Shown here: in pieces, positions 29,148-29,444 of the stretch
How the letters are laid out: each line of letters starts with the position of its first letter
Numbering within the stretch: position 1 is the stretch's first letter
NCBI GenBank assembly: GCA_938091905.1
Contig: CALKOM010000147.1
Span: 1-29,444, forward strand
Reading direction: 5' to 3'
Source of the DNA: an uncultured Verrucomicrobiales bacterium
Lineage (GTDB): Bacteria > Verrucomicrobiota > Verrucomicrobiia > Verrucomicrobiales > DEV007
DNA length: 29,444 bases
Made by a program: the position numbers and the translations under genes
The notes under the pieces: model-generated
Told to the model about the DNA's origin: nothing
Seen by the model: the letters and a program-made list of their open reading frames with translations, nothing else
The model's database searches: none

Positions 29148-29309
29148 ATGAAACATACTAATAAACCGTTAGTCTTGGTCGGCCTGGCTTGCTTTGCTCC
29201 ATCGCTATCTGCTGATCCCCCACCGAAGCTGAAGTAGATGCAAGGCATCTTCCAAGAGGAGCGCATCCGTGTGATGAGGCCATTGGTGATGAAGTATATC
29301 GTGGCCCTA
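29148..29309 (+). pseudogene. 5' remnant of a secreted-protein gene (possible first integron cassette)
   Basis: MKHTNKPLVLVGLACFAPSLSA-DPPPKLK* (TAG 29235-29237) MQGIFQEERIRVMRPLVMKYIVAL, then cut at the IS end. Confidence 0.55.
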
Positions 29310-29444
29310 GGGCTAATCCATTAATTCAGATTTTCACCCAAGTGCTTATAGCCCAGAGGTTTAGAAACGATTCGAAGTGAGAAGCTTTACGCTCGCGGCG
29401 GAGTTCCAATCTTGTCCACCGCCCCATTCTAGCAAAGACGTTTT
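29310..29444 (-). mobile_element. End of an IS5-family insertion sequence (transposase C-terminus 29326->29444)
   Basis: The minus frame reads (E)NVFARMGRWTRLELRRERKASHFESFLNLWAISTWVKI*, matching the IS5-type C-terminal pattern E..F..lk.wRri.tRydk.a..f..f..la.i..w. The stop lies at the inner edge of a putative terminal repeat GGGCTAATCCATTAATTC next to a CTAG/TA target. Confidence 0.72.

Noticed and set aside
1..29444. CRISPR array, rRNA or prophage genes
   Set aside because: No regularly spaced direct repeats, cas, rRNA-like or phage structural sequences were seen.

Overview
Bacterial chromosomal segment, most likely Verrucomicrobiota. This is inferred from PEP-CTERM proteins, a PVC-type dehydrogenase-domain gene, a PSCyt1/DUF1549/DUF1501 remnant and an Amuc_1099-like remnant. 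The left third is intact housekeeping: yqeY-ispD-M16 peptidase-PduO-type adenosyltransferase, tRNA-His, rnc, yicC-gmk and ftsH. The rest is accessory: a DNRLRE/PEP-CTERM pair, an NAD-dependent epimerase, a large FG-GAP/ASPIC protein, DUF533, DUF6807, MOSC and a sugar ABC transporter. The window ends in a decayed integron (frameshifted intI, putative attI, a broken first gene) interrupted by an IS5-family element at the right edge. Most notable: (1) the ABC substrate-binding lipoprotein is a clean natural circular permutation of the RbsB-type fold; (2) a 200-bp gap after rnc carries DnaA-box-like and DnaA-trio-like motifs, a candidate oriC with no dnaA in the window; (3) at least seven accessory pseudogenes sit beside intact core genes; (4) a leaderless promoter layout recurs at six genes; (5) a candidate small RNA with its own terminator. 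All family assignments are by-eye motif recognition; no searches were run.
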